A DNA stretch of 64,000 nucleotides, from positions 2,717 through 66,716 of the forward strand of contig CAZWQM010000001.1 of assembly GCA_964636225.1 (NCBI GenBank), read 5' to 3'. This DNA is from an uncultured Thiotrichales bacterium. GTDB taxonomy: Bacteria; Pseudomonadota; Gammaproteobacteria; UBA4575. The position numbers and the translations under genes are program-made. The notes under the pieces were generated by a model, which had not been told where the DNA came from, ran no database searches, and was given only the letters and a program-made list of their open reading frames with translations. Below are positions 18,916-29,519 of this stretch, piece by piece (positions within the stretch are counted from its first letter, which is position 1; each line of letters starts with the position of its first letter).

Positions 18916-19689
18916 ATGGTGCGAATGAAAAAAACACGCCAACAGCTGACTTCAGATAAGGCGCTGACCATCCATGGTCTGGCTGTCAGATTGACCCGTA
19001 AAAATATCAAAAATCTTAATTTGCGTATTATTCCACACGAACCGTGCGTGAAAATATCGGTACCTATGCGCATGCCAATCCAGTCCGTCTATGCTTTCGT
19101 CGCTGAGAAACATGACTGGATAACAAAGCAACAGAAAAAACTGCGTTGTCATACCCGTGCGATTCAACATCATTATTGCGATGGCGAGAAACATGCATTT
19201 TTTGGCAAGGTGTATGAGTTGAAACGAATACCTACCTTTACTCAATCAAAAGCCGCCCTCAACGGGACAACGCTTGAATTGCATATTAATCAAAATACAA
19301 CACAATCGCAGCGTCAGCGAGTCATCGAAAACTGGTACCGACATGAATTAAAACAGCGAATAGCTGGACTGATCAAAAAGTATGAACAGATCACAAAACT
19401 TCAAGTGCTGGAATTTGGTGTAAAAAAAATGAAAACGCGCTGGGGGACATGCAATCCACACGCTCGACGAATCTGGCTGAATCTTGAGCTGGCCAAAAAG
19501 CCAATTGAATGCCTTGAGTATGTTGTACTACATGAGATGACCCATTTTGTTGAGCTGAAACATAACAAACGATTTTATGACTATATTTCACGGTACATAC
19601 CAGACTGGAAAGCAGTCGAGAAGAAGCTCAACTCTGCTGTATATCAGGAACTTGATGGGTTTTCTTCAGATGAAAATACAATGTTATAA
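18916..19689 (+). CDS. M48/YgjP-family metal-dependent hydrolase (DUF45)
   Basis: HExxH motif in VVLHEMTHFVELKHNKRF. N-terminus MVRMKKTRQQL… typical of YgjP. Start moved to the internal ATG at 18916. Confidence 0.7.
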   Translation: MVRMKKTRQQLTSDKALTIHGLAVRLTRKNIKNLNLRIIPHEPCVKISVPMRMPIQSVYAFVAEKHDWITKQQKKLRCHTRAIQHHYCDGEKHAFFGKVYELKRIPTFTQSKAALNGTTLELHINQNTTQSQRQRVIENWYRHELKQRIAGLIKKYEQITKLQVLEFGVKKMKTRWGTCNPHARRIWLNLELAKKPIECLEYVVLHEMTHFVELKHNKRFYDYISRYIPDWKAVEKKLNSAVYQELDGFSSDENTML

Positions 19690-19963
19690 GTAGTATGCGT
19701 AAACGGATCAGAAAATAATTAAAAACAAAAGGTTATATAATAAATATAAAGTTAATTATATTATAATAGAGTCTATAGAAAATTATATTTATCATTAATT
19801 TATAGCAAATAATTAAAGTTATTTGTATTTCTGGATAATTCTTCAATAAATCTGGTATGGCTTAATATAATTTTTCTAAATCAACACGGTTGCTATTAAT
19901 TGGGTTGCGTATCTGTATAATCGCGCGCAATTTGAATGCCTACTTGAATGCAAGGATCTGCGC

Positions 19964-21781
19964 GTGACCGACAAACTTCGAAATATTGCCATTATTGCCC
20001 ACGTTGACCATGGAAAGACCACGCTGGTTGACCAGCTGTTACAGCAGTCGGGTACCTTTGATGCACGTGCGACACCGCAAACGCGTGTGATGGATTCCAA
20101 TGACCTTGAGAAAGAACGTGGAATCACCATTCTTTCCAAGAATACAGCAATCCGCTGGAATGATTATCGAATCAACATCGTGGATACACCGGGACACGCC
20201 GATTTTGGTGGTGAAGTCGAACGTGTGTTGTCGATGGTGGATTGTGTGTTGCTATTGGTGGATGCGGTGGAAGGCCCCATGCCGCAAACTCGTTTTGTTA
20301 CCCAGAAAGCCTTTGCGATGGGCTTTCGTCCTATTGTAGTTATTAATAAGGTCGACCGTGATGGTGCGCGCCCGGATTGGGTGCTTGATAGGACGTTTGA
20401 TCTATTTGATCGTTTGGGCGCTACTGATGAACAGCTGGACTTTCCTGTCGTTTATGCCTCTGGAATCAATGGTTATGCAGGGATGGACGCCAGTGTACGT
20501 GAAGGGGACATGACGCCTTTGCTGAATAGTATTATTGAACACGTGGCCGCACCGGATGTGGATGCCGAAGGTCCGTTCCAGATGCAGATTTCCACGCTGG
20601 ATTACAACAATTATGTGGGTGTAATTGGTATTGGTCGAATTAAACGTGGCTCCATTAAACCGAATTCACCTGTAGCCGTCGTTGATCGGGAAGGTCGCAC
20701 GCGTAAAGGTAAAATACTGCAAATTCTTGGATTCCATGGTTTGGAGCGCATGGAAGTTGAACAGGCCAGTGCCGGGGATATAGTTGCCATCACAGGTCTT
20801 GATCCACTGGATATTTCAGACACCATCTGCCGACCGGATGCCATTGAAGCACTGCCAGCATTGAGTGTCGATGAACCCACTATCAGCATGACTTTCCAGG
20901 CCAATGCGTCTCCGTTTGCAGGTAAGGAAGGTAAATATGTGACCAGTCGAAACATCTGGGACCGACTTCAACAAGAGTTAAAGCATAATGTCGCTTTACG
21001 AGTTGAAGTTATTGAAAATAGTGAAAAATATAGAGTCTCAGGCCGAGGCGAATTACACCTTTCTGTGTTGATTGAAACCATGCGTCGTGAAGGTTATGAA
21101 TTGGCGGTAGGACGTCCTGAAGTGATTACGCGAGAGGAAAACGGTATTGTCCTGGAGCCTTTTGAGCAATTAACTGTCGATGTGGAAACGGGTCATCAAG
21201 GAGCGGTAATGGAGCAGCTGGGTGAACGTCGCGGGGAACTCAAAAATATGGAGCCGGATGGTAAAGGGCGTGTACGTCTGGATTATATTATTCCGGCACG
21301 CGGACTGATTGGTTTTCGTACCGACTTTATGACGCTGACTTCAGGTTCCGGACTTATTTACAGTGTGTTTGACAGTTATGGACCCGCCACTCAGGCAGGA
21401 ATTGGCCAACGGCTTCAAGGAGTATTAATTTCCAATGGCCAGGGCAAGGCGGCAGGCTATGCCTTATTCAATTTGCAGGAACGTGGACGACTCATGATTG
21501 GACACGGTGAAGAGATCTACGAAGGCATGGTAATAGGTATTCACTCTCGTGATAATGATTTGACGGTGAATGCTTTAAAAGGAAAGCAATTGACTAACGT
21601 CCGTGCGTCTGGCACCGATGAAAATATTATATTGACACCTCCCATACCCGTTACATTGGAATATGCGCTGGAATTTATAGATGACGACGAATTGGTAGAA
21701 GTCACTCCGGAAAGTATTCGAATACGCAAGAAATTTCTGAAAGAACATGAACGCAAACGTTCTTCCAAAAAGGCGAGTTAA
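19964..21781 (+). CDS. typA: translational GTPase TypA/BipA
   Basis: GTG start. [16 protein letters not shown] (G1), DTPGHADF (G3), NKVDR (G4), EF-G-like domains II-V, BipA-specific C-terminal domain. Confidence 0.9.
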   Translation: MTDKLRNIAIIAHVDHGKTTLVDQLLQQSGTFDARATPQTRVMDSNDLEKERGITILSKNTAIRWNDYRINIVDTPGHADFGGEVERVLSMVDCVLLLVDAVEGPMPQTRFVTQKAFAMGFRPIVVINKVDRDGARPDWVLDRTFDLFDRLGATDEQLDFPVVYASGINGYAGMDASVREGDMTPLLNSIIEHVAAPDVDAEGPFQMQISTLDYNNYVGVIGIGRIKRGSIKPNSPVAVVDREGRTRKGKILQILGFHGLERMEVEQASAGDIVAITGLDPLDISDTICRPDAIEALPALSVDEPTISMTFQANASPFAGKEGKYVTSRNIWDRLQQELKHNVALRVEVIENSEKYRVSGRGELHLSVLIETMRREGYELAVGRPEVITREENGIVLEPFEQLTVDVETGHQGAVMEQLGERRGELKNMEPDGKGRVRLDYIIPARGLIGFRTDFMTLTSGSGLIYSVFDSYGPATQAGIGQRLQGVLISNGQGKAAGYALFNLQERGRLMIGHGEEIYEGMVIGIHSRDNDLTVNALKGKQLTNVRASGTDENIILTPPIPVTLEYALEFIDDDELVEVTPESIRIRKKFLKEHERKRSSKKAS

Positions 21782-21845
21782 TCTTATTCGATAGGTCTCC
21801 AGCCCTGTATTAATTTGTGCGAGCACGACGTACTCTATTTTAACA

Positions 21846-22522
21846 GTGCGGAATGTCGCTATGGAATCTACCGTTCAAATCATCCCACTGGCGAATCTCG
21901 CCATTGCGTTTGTGCCAGTAATATCGGTAGTGGGGTTGCTTTACAAATGGTCACTGGATGCTGGCACGGCATTTTATTCCATCCTGCGTATGCTGGTTCA
22001 GCTGATTATAATCGGCTATGTGCTGGTATTTATATTTGAAACTGAAAAATTATGGGTCACAGCACTGATTGTATTGGTGATGGTGATGGCTTTCAGCTGG
22101 ATTGCCTTGCGTACGCTGGATGATTTACGTGTCTCTTTTTAAATATGTATTTATTTCATCTTTATTCGGAGGAGGCAGTGTTATATTGATGTCCATTGTT
22201 TGGGTGTTGGACCTGGATCCCATTTTTAAAACCTCAATATGCGGTGCCGCTGGCAGGGATGGTGTTTGCAAATTCTATGAATACCATGAGTCTTGCCCTG
22301 GAACGCTTAAATTCTGAATTAAATAATCACGATAATTATGTCACTGCGCGAAACGTGGCATTTAATGCATCACTGATTCCGATTATTAATTCCATGTTTG
22401 CGGTAGGTGTGGTGTCCTTGCCTGGAATGATGACCGGACAGGTACTTTTGGGTGTTTCTCCCTTGATCGCCGTGCGTTATCAAGTGCTGGTGTTGAATGC
22501 GCGCACTGGTCGTGCCAAATAG
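21846..22522 (+). pseudogene. fetB: FetB/YbbM-family (UPF0014) iron-export permease, disrupted by two frameshifts
   Basis: The homology runs through three frames: 21846-22142 (…LRMLVQLIIIGYVLVFIF…), 22102-22317 (…KYVFISSLFGGGSVILMSIVWVL…), 22196-22522 (…AVPLAGMVFANSMNTMSLALERL…VVSLPGMMTGQVLLGV…). Junctions lie at the T5 run 22136-22140 and the T5/A4 run 22224-22232. Confidence 0.6.
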
Positions 22523-22869
22523 ATTTCAATCAGTATTGCTCCAGAATCCGAATACTTCAGTCAGCTTTATTAGGGTAAATGATGAGGTTTATAGCGGAAA
22601 TATATAAAAACATTGTGAATTACCCTAAAAGTTGTGTTATTGTGTTGTCTCGCTTGCAACCACCCAACCTGGTGGCAAAATCAGGCGGCGATAAAATGAA
22701 TTTGATGTGCCGTACGTGCGGAAAATTGGCAACCCTTTCTCCTCTAGTTGGGTAATAAATACAATAATCTGCCAATATCCCAGCGTACTCATGGCAGACT
22801 GCAAACCCGTCTTTATGACGGGTTTTTATTTTTAATTCAACATCTTGCTTATCTCATTTGAAGTAAAAA

Positions 22870-23259
22870 GTGAAATTAGATTCAAGCTACAAACGGAATA
22901 GAAAATTTAATATATTTTTAATTCTGTTCATTTTCTTAATAACCAGTTTTTCTGCACATAGTGCGGACGATACAGGTCAATATCTGGTCATGGGTTTGGG
23001 AAATCTAAGTTGCAAATCGTTTGTCAAGGATGATGAAACCGGTACTGCCTATTATATGAGCTGGCTGGCTGGCTATATGTCTGCCTATAATTACTTGCAG
23101 GAAGACACCTATTCGATTGTCAGTAAAAGCAAAACCGTGAATCAAATGGAATCGTGGTTGAAAGACTATTGCACTGTCAACGGTGATGAGACATTTGAAC
23201 GTGCAACCCGTAACCTCTTGAGTAGTTTGAAGTATTTTAGAATCAAGAGAAATCAGTAA
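22870..23259 (+). CDS. secreted hypothetical protein (two Cys, probable disulfide)
   Basis: Signal peptide …FLILFIFLITSFSAHSADD, followed by a roughly 100-aa mature domain with an YMSWLAGYMSAYN motif. Confidence 0.4.
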   Translation: MKLDSSYKRNRKFNIFLILFIFLITSFSAHSADDTGQYLVMGLGNLSCKSFVKDDETGTAYYMSWLAGYMSAYNYLQEDTYSIVSKSKTVNQMESWLKDYCTVNGDETFERATRNLLSSLKYFRIKRNQ

Positions 23260-23325
23260 GAGTAGGGATAAGATAGCTGATAATTGCTATAGTGGCTCAA
23301 AACAACCTAATCAATATTCTACATC

Positions 23326-23751
23326 ATGGAAAATCAGAATTTACGCAAAGCCGGTTTAAAAGTAACGCTGCCCAGAATGAAAATTTTGGAGATTCTTGAG
23401 CAATCGACCAAGCTACATTTGAGCGCGGAAGATATTTACCGCGTATTACTCGAATCAGATGAAGAGATTGGTTTGGCGACCATCTACCGTGTACTGACCC
23501 AATTTGAAGGTGCCGGGTTGGTGATGCGTCATCACTTCGAAGGTGGGCAGGCTGTGTTTGAGCTGGATCGTGGTAAGCATCATGACCATCTCATTTGTAT
23601 CAAATGCGGCAAAATCGTTGAATTTGTAAATGCTTCTATAGAAGAGCAGCAGAAGAAAATAGCCGAAGACGCCGGGTTTAAAATCACCGATCATTCCCTG
23701 ATAATTTATGGAGAGTGTAGTTCTCCTAAATGTAAAGGCAGTGATAAATAA
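23326..23751 (+). CDS. fur: ferric uptake regulator Fur
   Basis: GLKVTLPRMKILEIL… DNA-binding helix and the HHDHLICIKCGKIVEF metal-site motifs. 141 aa. Confidence 0.85.
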   Translation: MENQNLRKAGLKVTLPRMKILEILEQSTKLHLSAEDIYRVLLESDEEIGLATIYRVLTQFEGAGLVMRHHFEGGQAVFELDRGKHHDHLICIKCGKIVEFVNASIEEQQKKIAEDAGFKITDHSLIIYGECSSPKCKGSDK

Positions 23752-24075
23752 ACATTTTGATAATTACGTTCTAATTAAAATTTCTTTTAATACAGTTGCT
23801 TAAGTGATAAAACAATATCGTTGTTTTTGATAAGCATCACATTCTTTTCTACAGCCTGCGGGTAAAATAACTCTGCAATTACTGGGGTTTGCCCATGTGG
23901 CTGGCCAGGTCTTTTTAGCTTGGTTCCAATTTGCATGAATAATGAAAATATATTGTTTTGTGAATTATCTTCCTAAAAATATTTTTCCTCATGCTTACAA
24001 TGCGAGCTATAAGATTAAAAATACTTGTCCTCTGACGCAACACGTCGTCTTACACAACAGAAGAGAAAACTTGGT

Positions 24076-25410
24076 ATGTATTTGGAACATTTCGGTCTAC
24101 AACGGCAGCCTTTTCAATTAACTCCTGACGCAAATTTCCTTTACCTGAGTCATGGTCATAAGCGCGCCAAGGCTTATATGGATTATACCGTATGGAATCG
24201 TGACGGCTTTGTAGTAATTACAGGTGAAATAGGTTCTGGAAAAACAACACTGATTCAAAGTCTCTTATCCAGTGTAGGTGATGACGTTATTATTGCACGA
24301 GTCTATCAAACACAATTGGATGAGCTTGAATTCTTTCAGGCGATATTAGTCGAATTCGGCTTTAAGCCTTATGGTGCAAGTAAAGTAGAGCTAATCGAAA
24401 TGCTTAACAACTATTTGCTTGAACAATATCAAAATGGCCGTCAGGTAATACTTGTCATAGACGAAGCACAAAACTTGAGTCGTCGTGTATTGGAAGAAGT
24501 TAGGATGCTGACTGGTATGGAAACCCAGCAAGAGAGAATTTTAAATCTTGTACTTGTGGGGCAACCTGAATTGAAACAAGTTCTGGATGCACCAGGTATG
24601 GAGCAGCTTTGTCAAAGAATACGTTTCAGATTTCATTTGGCACCTTTAAACAAAGAAGATATCGCAGCTTATGTTCGGCACCGTATGGAAACAGCTGGTT
24701 ATGACTATTCTCAGGAAGATGAAGGTAAAACCGAGCCGGTGATTGATCCCGAATGCTATGTCGCAATACAGCGTTATACCGGTGGTGTTCCAAGACTGAT
24801 AAATGCTCTACTCGATACCTCCCTGATTACAGCGTTTGTAGAACAGGAAAAAACTATATCAATCAAAACACTGGAACTGGCGATTGATGAACTTCAATGG
24901 ATTCCGTATGAAGAGCGAGTGGGCATCAAGCATTTTGCAGATAAAAACGCTTCATCAATCAATATGGCGGGGGAACCCACACCCAAGCTTGTGCAGATGG
25001 CAGGGGATAAGGTTGTCGCTTGCTACGATATTACTAAGGAAACTACCACCATTGGCAGAATTCCCAGTAATGACATTCACCTAGGCTTCAAGTCTGTGAG
25101 CATGCATCATGCCAAAGTCATCAGCTTCCATAATAACTTTTTTCTGGAAGATCTACGCAGCACCAACGGTACTCTGGTGAATGGGCATCGTATTAATAAA
25201 TGTGTGCTGAAATCAGGAGATAAAATATCCTTTGCCCGTGTCGATATGGAATATCGCTTCGATAATATTAACTATCTGGAAAAAGACGCAAGTAGCCTGC
25301 CTGCGGGAAGCCAGGTAACTGAAAGCAAAGGAAATGAAGCTAAAGATAATGCAGCCTCAGTGTCTGCTAGTAAAATTGTGGCTGGTAACGGTGCGGCTAT
25401 GCCTGCCTGA
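24076..25410 (+). CDS. ExeA/GspA-like AAA+ ATPase with C-terminal FHA domain
   Basis: N-terminal MYLEHFGLQRQPF… (ExeA signature) and Walker A VITGEIGSGKTTL. C-terminal TTTIGRIPSNDIHLGF…HAKV…LEDLRSTNGTLVNG matches the FHA-domain signature (GR…S…H…N-G). The ORF could start 17 codons earlier, at 24025. Confidence 0.6.
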   Translation: MYLEHFGLQRQPFQLTPDANFLYLSHGHKRAKAYMDYTVWNRDGFVVITGEIGSGKTTLIQSLLSSVGDDVIIARVYQTQLDELEFFQAILVEFGFKPYGASKVELIEMLNNYLLEQYQNGRQVILVIDEAQNLSRRVLEEVRMLTGMETQQERILNLVLVGQPELKQVLDAPGMEQLCQRIRFRFHLAPLNKEDIAAYVRHRMETAGYDYSQEDEGKTEPVIDPECYVAIQRYTGGVPRLINALLDTSLITAFVEQEKTISIKTLELAIDELQWIPYEERVGIKHFADKNASSINMAGEPTPKLVQMAGDKVVACYDITKETTTIGRIPSNDIHLGFKSVSMHHAKVISFHNNFFLEDLRSTNGTLVNGHRINKCVLKSGDKISFARVDMEYRFDNINYLEKDASSLPAGSQVTESKGNEAKDNAASVSASKIVAGNGAAMPA

Positions 25411-25436
25411 ATGATCTGCGCTTCTGTAAAAACTCA

Positions 25437-26210
25437 CTAACTTCGAATTCCTGTGCCTTTACTTAAAAGGAACGAGGCAACGGCGTATAGCACTATCACA
25501 AATGTCACAACTATGCCTAATGACAGTGAGATATCAATGTCGTTGACACCAATCATCCCTGCACGGAATGTGTCCACCATATATAAAATGGGGTTCGCAT
25601 AGGATACAGATCTCCAGAAATCCGGAAGCATATCAATGCTGTAAAATATTCCTCCAAGATAAGTGAGAGGAGTGAGCACAAAAGTCGGTATCAATGATAT
25701 ATCGTCAAAGCTATTTGCAAAAATTGCATTAATCAGTCCGGCTAAAGAAAATAATATACATGTCAGCAAAGCAATAGTGAGCAACAACCCAATATGATGA
25801 AACTGCAGGTCAGTAAAAAATGTAGCGGTCAAAGTAACGACAAGACCTACAGCCAGACCTCTGGCAATTCCTCCAGATATAAAACCCCAGATAATAATGT
25901 AGTTAGGCATGGGGGAGACCAGCATTTCCTCAATGTGTTTTTGAAACTTTGAGCTGTAAAAAGAAGAAACGACATTGGCATATGAATTAGTAATGATGGA
26001 CATCATAATCATGCCGGGAATAATGTAATCTATATAAGGATAACCTTTCACATCCTCCAGTTGTGAGCCAATCAGTCTGCCAAAAATAATAAAATATAGT
26101 GCAACCGTGATTACTGAAGGCACAATAGTTTGTACCCATATACGTGCAAACCTTAATATTTCCTTGATAAAGATTGTTCTAAGCGCAATTAGTTTTTCAA
26201 TCAAAGTCAT
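25437..26210 (-). CDS. ABC-2 type transporter permease
   Basis: Six TM segments, ABC-2 family layout, immediately downstream of an ABC ATPase. Confidence 0.75.
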   Translation of the reverse strand: MTLIEKLIALRTIFIKEILRFARIWVQTIVPSVITVALYFIIFGRLIGSQLEDVKGYPYIDYIIPGMIMMSIITNSYANVVSSFYSSKFQKHIEEMLVSPMPNYIIIWGFISGGIARGLAVGLVVTLTATFFTDLQFHHIGLLLTIALLTCILFSLAGLINAIFANSFDDISLIPTFVLTPLTYLGGIFYSIDMLPDFWRSVSYANPILYMVDTFRAGMIGVNDIDISLSLGIVVTFVIVLYAVASFLLSKGTGIRS

Positions 26211-26215
26211 GGTTT

Positions 26216-27142
26216 CTACTTTTTGACCAGATTTATAAAGAGTTCTTCTAGACGATTGGATTTGTTTCTCATGCTGACAATTTGTATATTCTGTTTGGCA
26301 AAATTTTCAAATATGGCTTCCAGTGTCTGATCTTCATAAGGGGTGATTTCCAATGTGCGTTCATCTGTAAGAACCACTGAGGCATTGTTAACCACAGGTG
26401 CCGTTCTCAACGGTGATTTCAAGTACGCAATGAATGTTTCATTCTTGAGTTGGTCCAGAAACTCCCTTAATGAAGTATCAATAATAATATTGCCATCATT
26501 GATAATACCGATGTTTCTGCACAAATACTCCGCCTCTTCAAGATAATGTGTAGTTAAAATAATGGTTCGGCCATCAGCGTTTAGATTTTGTAAGAGCTTC
26601 CACATAGAACGACGTATTTCTATGTCCACGCCAGCGGTGGGTTCATCCAGAATCAGCAGTTGCGGTTCATGAATCAGTGCACGTGCTATCATTAACCGGC
26701 GCTTCATTCCACCAGACAATTCTCGCGGAGTATTTTTTCTTTTTTCCCACAAACCTAATGTGTCGAGTACCTGTTCGGTTTTTTCTTTGGCAATAGTTGC
26801 CGGTATACCGTAGTAGCCGGCCTGGTGTTTTACAATTTCATGTACCGGTTCAAATGTATTGAAGTTGAATTCCTGTGGCACCAGACCGATAAGTCTTTTC
26901 GCTTGTGCAAAGTCCTTATCAATATCATGGCCAAAAATTTCAACCTTGCCTGATGTTTTATTGACTAAAGAACAGATGATGCCAATCGTGGTCGATTTGC
27001 CTGCGCCATTCGGGCCTAACAGAGCATAGAAATCTCCCTGTTTGACTTGAAAAGTGATGCCGTTGAGTGCCTGGAAGCCGCTTTTATATCGCTTTACCAG
27101 ATTTTCAATTTTAAGTGCGGGTGTTTGTGTAGGTATTGGCAT
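26216..27142 (-). CDS. ABC transporter ATP-binding protein (ABC-2/drug-exporter type)
   Basis: GPNGAGKSTT Walker A, LSGGMKRRL signature, ILDEPTAGVD Walker B. Confidence 0.85.
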   Translation of the reverse strand: MPIPTQTPALKIENLVKRYKSGFQALNGITFQVKQGDFYALLGPNGAGKSTTIGIICSLVNKTSGKVEIFGHDIDKDFAQAKRLIGLVPQEFNFNTFEPVHEIVKHQAGYYGIPATIAKEKTEQVLDTLGLWEKRKNTPRELSGGMKRRLMIARALIHEPQLLILDEPTAGVDIEIRRSMWKLLQNLNADGRTIILTTHYLEEAEYLCRNIGIINDGNIIIDTSLREFLDQLKNETFIAYLKSPLRTAPVVNNASVVLTDERTLEITPYEDQTLEAIFENFAKQNIQIVSMRNKSNRLEELFINLVKK

Positions 27143-27212
27143 AATTTAGTGCAGCTATTTCAAACAGGTATTGTTAATATTCGATGTCTTATTAATAACC
27201 TGAAATATCAGC

Positions 27213-28592
27213 ATGGATTGTTTTTACAAAACGGAAAATGAAGATGCAATTTTAATTACTCTGTTTACAAAAGCAGAGTTTAACGAGTTATCAAAATCAT
27301 CACTGGATAATGTTACTACCTGGATATTGTCTAGTAATCGCACAATCCAGGTCGGTAATTTCTACCTTATTCCCAGTGAAGAAGGTACGTTAAACCAAGT
27401 TGTGATGATTGTCGATGCCGAACTTTCTATTTGGTCAATTGCCAATCTGCCAATGTCGTTACCTGAAGGTCATTACTACCTGTCCAACTCCATACCAGCG
27501 ACGGACCGTGAGAAATTGACTATTGGATGGGGCTTGGGTGCTTATCAGTTTTCCAAATATAAAAAACAAAAACAATGCGCTCGCCTGTCATTTGGCTCTG
27601 ATATTGATCAGGTATCAGTACTTGCCATCATTCACTCAACTTATCTCGTTCGCGACCTCATTAATGAACCGGCAAATGAAATGACACCAGTTCAGCTATC
27701 TAAAGCAACCCAGGAGTTAGCGGGAAAATATAACGCCTCATATAGTGAAGTAACAGGTGATGACTTAATTGATCAGAAATATCCATTAATCCATGCGGTG
27801 GGTCGAGCCAGCGAATATGCACCACGACTGATTAGAATGGAGTGGGGCAACAGTGAACATCCTTTACTGTGTATAGCCGGGAAGGGTGTGTGTTTTGACA
27901 GCGGCGGGCTGGATATCAAGAATGCTATGGGAATGCGCTGGATGAAGAAAGATATGGGAGGGGCCGCACATGCACTGGGGTTGGCCAACTATATTATGCA
28001 AACCAATCTGTCGGTACGGCTTTGCCTTTATATCCCAGCGGTAGAAAATGCTATTTCTGCGAATGCATTCAGACCTGGTGACGTGATTGTTTCGCGCTCT
28101 GGAAAATCAGTGGAGATTGATAATACGGATGCAGAAGGACGCCTGGTACTGGCAGATGCGATCACGGAATTGTGTACAATGCAGCCCGATCTGTTAATCG
28201 ACTTTGCAACACTTACCGGCGCAGCCCGGGTCGCATTAGGAACTGAAGTGGGGGTGTTTTTCAGTCAATCAGACAGCACGTCACATCAGTTATACGCTTC
28301 GGCAAAATCCACTGAAGATGATATCTGGCGCTTGCCTTTGCATGCGGGGTACAAACATGAGCTAAAGAGCAACGTGGCAGATCTGGTGAATAGTTCATCT
28401 AGTGGTTACGGAGGGGCGATAACGGCAGCCTTATTCCTGCAATCGTTCATCCCAAAACAATGCGATTGGCTGCATTTCGATATTATGGCCTACAATATGA
28501 GAAGTCGCCCTGGACGACCCAAAGGCGGAGAGGCCATGGGGCTGCGGAGTGTCTGTTGTTATCTCGAAAATCGATACGGTAAATGCAATTGA
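27213..28592 (+). CDS. M17-family leucyl aminopeptidase (PepB-like)
   Basis: NTDAEGRL motif and the cluster of metal ligands (…KGVCFDSGG…DMGGAA…) characteristic of cytosol aminopeptidase family M17. Confidence 0.8.
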   Translation: MDCFYKTENEDAILITLFTKAEFNELSKSSLDNVTTWILSSNRTIQVGNFYLIPSEEGTLNQVVMIVDAELSIWSIANLPMSLPEGHYYLSNSIPATDREKLTIGWGLGAYQFSKYKKQKQCARLSFGSDIDQVSVLAIIHSTYLVRDLINEPANEMTPVQLSKATQELAGKYNASYSEVTGDDLIDQKYPLIHAVGRASEYAPRLIRMEWGNSEHPLLCIAGKGVCFDSGGLDIKNAMGMRWMKKDMGGAAHALGLANYIMQTNLSVRLCLYIPAVENAISANAFRPGDVIVSRSGKSVEIDNTDAEGRLVLADAITELCTMQPDLLIDFATLTGAARVALGTEVGVFFSQSDSTSHQLYASAKSTEDDIWRLPLHAGYKHELKSNVADLVNSSSSGYGGAITAALFLQSFIPKQCDWLHFDIMAYNMRSRPGRPKGGEAMGLRSVCCYLENRYGKCN

Positions 28593-28864
28593 GATTTGGC
28601 TAACAATTACTATAGCGAGTAAATACTGATATTTGACAGTGTGATGCAGTCTAAATAAATGAGCTTTAAAAGCGTGAGTTACTCTTCTACACTTGCGCCA
28701 TGAGTAATTTAACCGATATGTCTCAGCCGCTTTATATTCGTGCGATCAGGAAAGTATTAAGAACTGTTCCGACGAAGGCAAAAGTTCCTGACATTGCAGA
28801 ATTAGGCCAGCAATTTGCGCTGGAGTCCATGCCATTTACCCAACAGACATTAATCTGAGGTTAT

Positions 28865-29425
28865 ATGAACGGCATGTTTTTCTCACTTAAACATGCTACA
28901 AGAGTTGAGTGGCTGGCACCACCGGTACGAGCGATCATTCCTATAGATGATTATCGTGTGCCCAAAAGTGTTAAGCGCTTGATCAAGCTGAACAAATTTG
29001 AAATCCGTTTTGACAGCAGTTTTGAACAAGTTATTCGACATTGCTCAAACCGTGAAATTGATCCGCAAATCAACGAACAGGTGATTGATGTTTTCTGCAA
29101 GCTGCATGAAATGGGCATTGCGCATAGCGCAGAAGCCTGGTTGGATGGCGAACTTGTGGGTGGATTATATGGCTTTCGTTTAGGCAGTTATTTTACCGGT
29201 GAAAGTCAGTTTCATACGGTTCCTGATGCCGGAAAAGTGACTTTTGCAGCCATGCTCGAGCGGCTTAAAGACTTGGGCTATATGCTGCATGACATTCAAT
29301 ATAGAACGCCTCACCTTGACCGCTTTGGCGCCATCAATATATCGGATGCTGAGTTCAGGGAAACTTTAACAAAAGCGATGATCACACCCGCCGAGTGGCC
29401 GGCTTATTCTGAAAAACACGGTTAA
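28865..29425 (+). CDS. aat: leucyl/phenylalanyl-tRNA--protein transferase (Aat). An upstream in-frame ORF (28700-28855) is separated from it by a single TGA
   Basis: WLAPPVRAII (like the WWSPDPRAVL motif), GIAHSAEAWLDGELVGGLYG and GESQFH match Aat. The 28865 ORF lacks about 50 N-terminal residues relative to E. coli Aat. The missing length is present in the same frame upstream, ending at TGA 28856-28858. Confidence 0.7.
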   Translation: MNGMFFSLKHATRVEWLAPPVRAIIPIDDYRVPKSVKRLIKLNKFEIRFDSSFEQVIRHCSNREIDPQINEQVIDVFCKLHEMGIAHSAEAWLDGELVGGLYGFRLGSYFTGESQFHTVPDAGKVTFAAMLERLKDLGYMLHDIQYRTPHLDRFGAINISDAEFRETLTKAMITPAEWPAYSEKHG

Positions 29426-29519
29426 CGAGACACCCACTAACCCATAAGATCACTGGACTAAAACCTCGCCAGTTATTACATTGGCGTCTTCTGTTATTAT
29501 TCTGATTTTTGTCTTTCAC

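Noticed and set aside
23758-23777. The sequence between fur and the exeA-FHA gene as a confident Fur box
   Set aside because: It matches only about 10/19 positions to the consensus GATAATGATAATCATTATC. It is kept only as a weak note.
28856-28858. The TGA in aat as a selenocysteine or recoded codon
   Set aside because: TGA terminates other genes in the window, such as rhlE. There is no obvious SECIS-like hairpin immediately downstream. Aat is not a selenoprotein.
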